This document shows positions 63,461 to 64,000 of a DNA stretch of 64,000 nucleotides, piece by piece. The DNA is from Perkinsela sp. CCAP 1560/9 (lineage: Eukaryota; Protista; Euglenozoa: Kinetoplastea): the NCBI GenBank assembly GCA_965644495.1, contig CBFFSA010000008.1:496001-560000 (forward strand), written 5' to 3'. The notes under the pieces are model-generated. The model did no database searches. It was not told the DNA's origin and saw only the letters and a program-made list of their open reading frames with translations. Both the position numbers and the translations under genes were made by a program. Every line of letters begins with the position of its first letter. Position 1 is the first letter of the stretch.

Positions 63461-64000
63461 ATGGAACCCATGCAGTTTTGGCTCGCAGTGGCTGGCAGCG
63501 TTTGACAGCGTACGGCAGCATGTGGCAGCGTATGACATAATTTTGAAAAAAAAATGACATATACTAATTATTGGTCGGACTTTTATTTGAAAAATTAATA
63601 TTTCTACTAGATTCCTTTCGTTTACAAGAACAAAACATTTTATTGATCGTGTCAGAGGAGTACGTTCAGGTTGGAAGGGATAGATTTCCACTGCGTTACT
63701 GTGGGACATGCGATCAAAAAAACCCTTCACTCTATTGAGTCCGAAAGCATGTTTGTATTGCGCTACAAACTTCTCGTGGAGAAACCGGTGGAGAAACTTC
63801 CCGACGTGATTGCGGAAGTGGAATCGTGCCTTTCGTGTGGGTATGCGAACGTACCCGTGAGAGCTGTAATATGCCCCCAATGCCACAGGCGCAAGAACGC
63901 GGAACTATTGACTCACATGGATAAGGAAAAGCTTCGTTCTGCGGGACTGAATGTTGAAAGCGCGCAACGCGTGTGCTGCAAATACGCAAAATACATGTTG

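Overview
Eukaryotic DNA from a kinetoplastid-type protist. The basis is the intron-free, tightly packed genes all on the minus strand and a mitochondrial HSP70 with a trypanosomatid-like C-terminus. A Perkinsela/bodonid-like lineage is an inference and was not verified. Bases 1-46.6 kb are one minus-strand polycistronic-style array of about 27 housekeeping and hypothetical genes. They include a KsgA/Dim1-family methyltransferase, CstF-50, an FHA-WWE protein, polyprenol reductase, IscA, glutaredoxin, UNC-93, YJU2, eIF3f, PITH, RPL22, MORN, PSP1-C, BRF1, MLH1, OPRT, UTP6, CDC50, RPL30 and mtHSP70. A decayed Tc1 element, several MITEs and a repeat patch at 16.7-17.8 kb interrupt the array. Bases 46.7-64 kb are a nested transposon field: an apparently intact pogo-like DD36D element, Tc1, Merlin and hAT-like remnants, non-LTR remnants, a tRNA-like head and one stranded Rad6-like E2 gene. 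Main hunt result: two colinear 73-nt copies of an HDV-like (delta) self-cleaving ribozyme fold. One is at 16741-16813 (minus, intact-looking, co-directional with the gene array). The other is at 50370-50442 (plus, degenerate) inside a 1035-bp TIR element with a 9-bp TSD that splits a hAT-like transposase gene. Also notable are sharp C-rich to G-rich strand-skew switches written into four coding genes, and several unexplained structured two-copy repeats of 75-80 nt period. All calls are by eye; no searches or folding programs were run.
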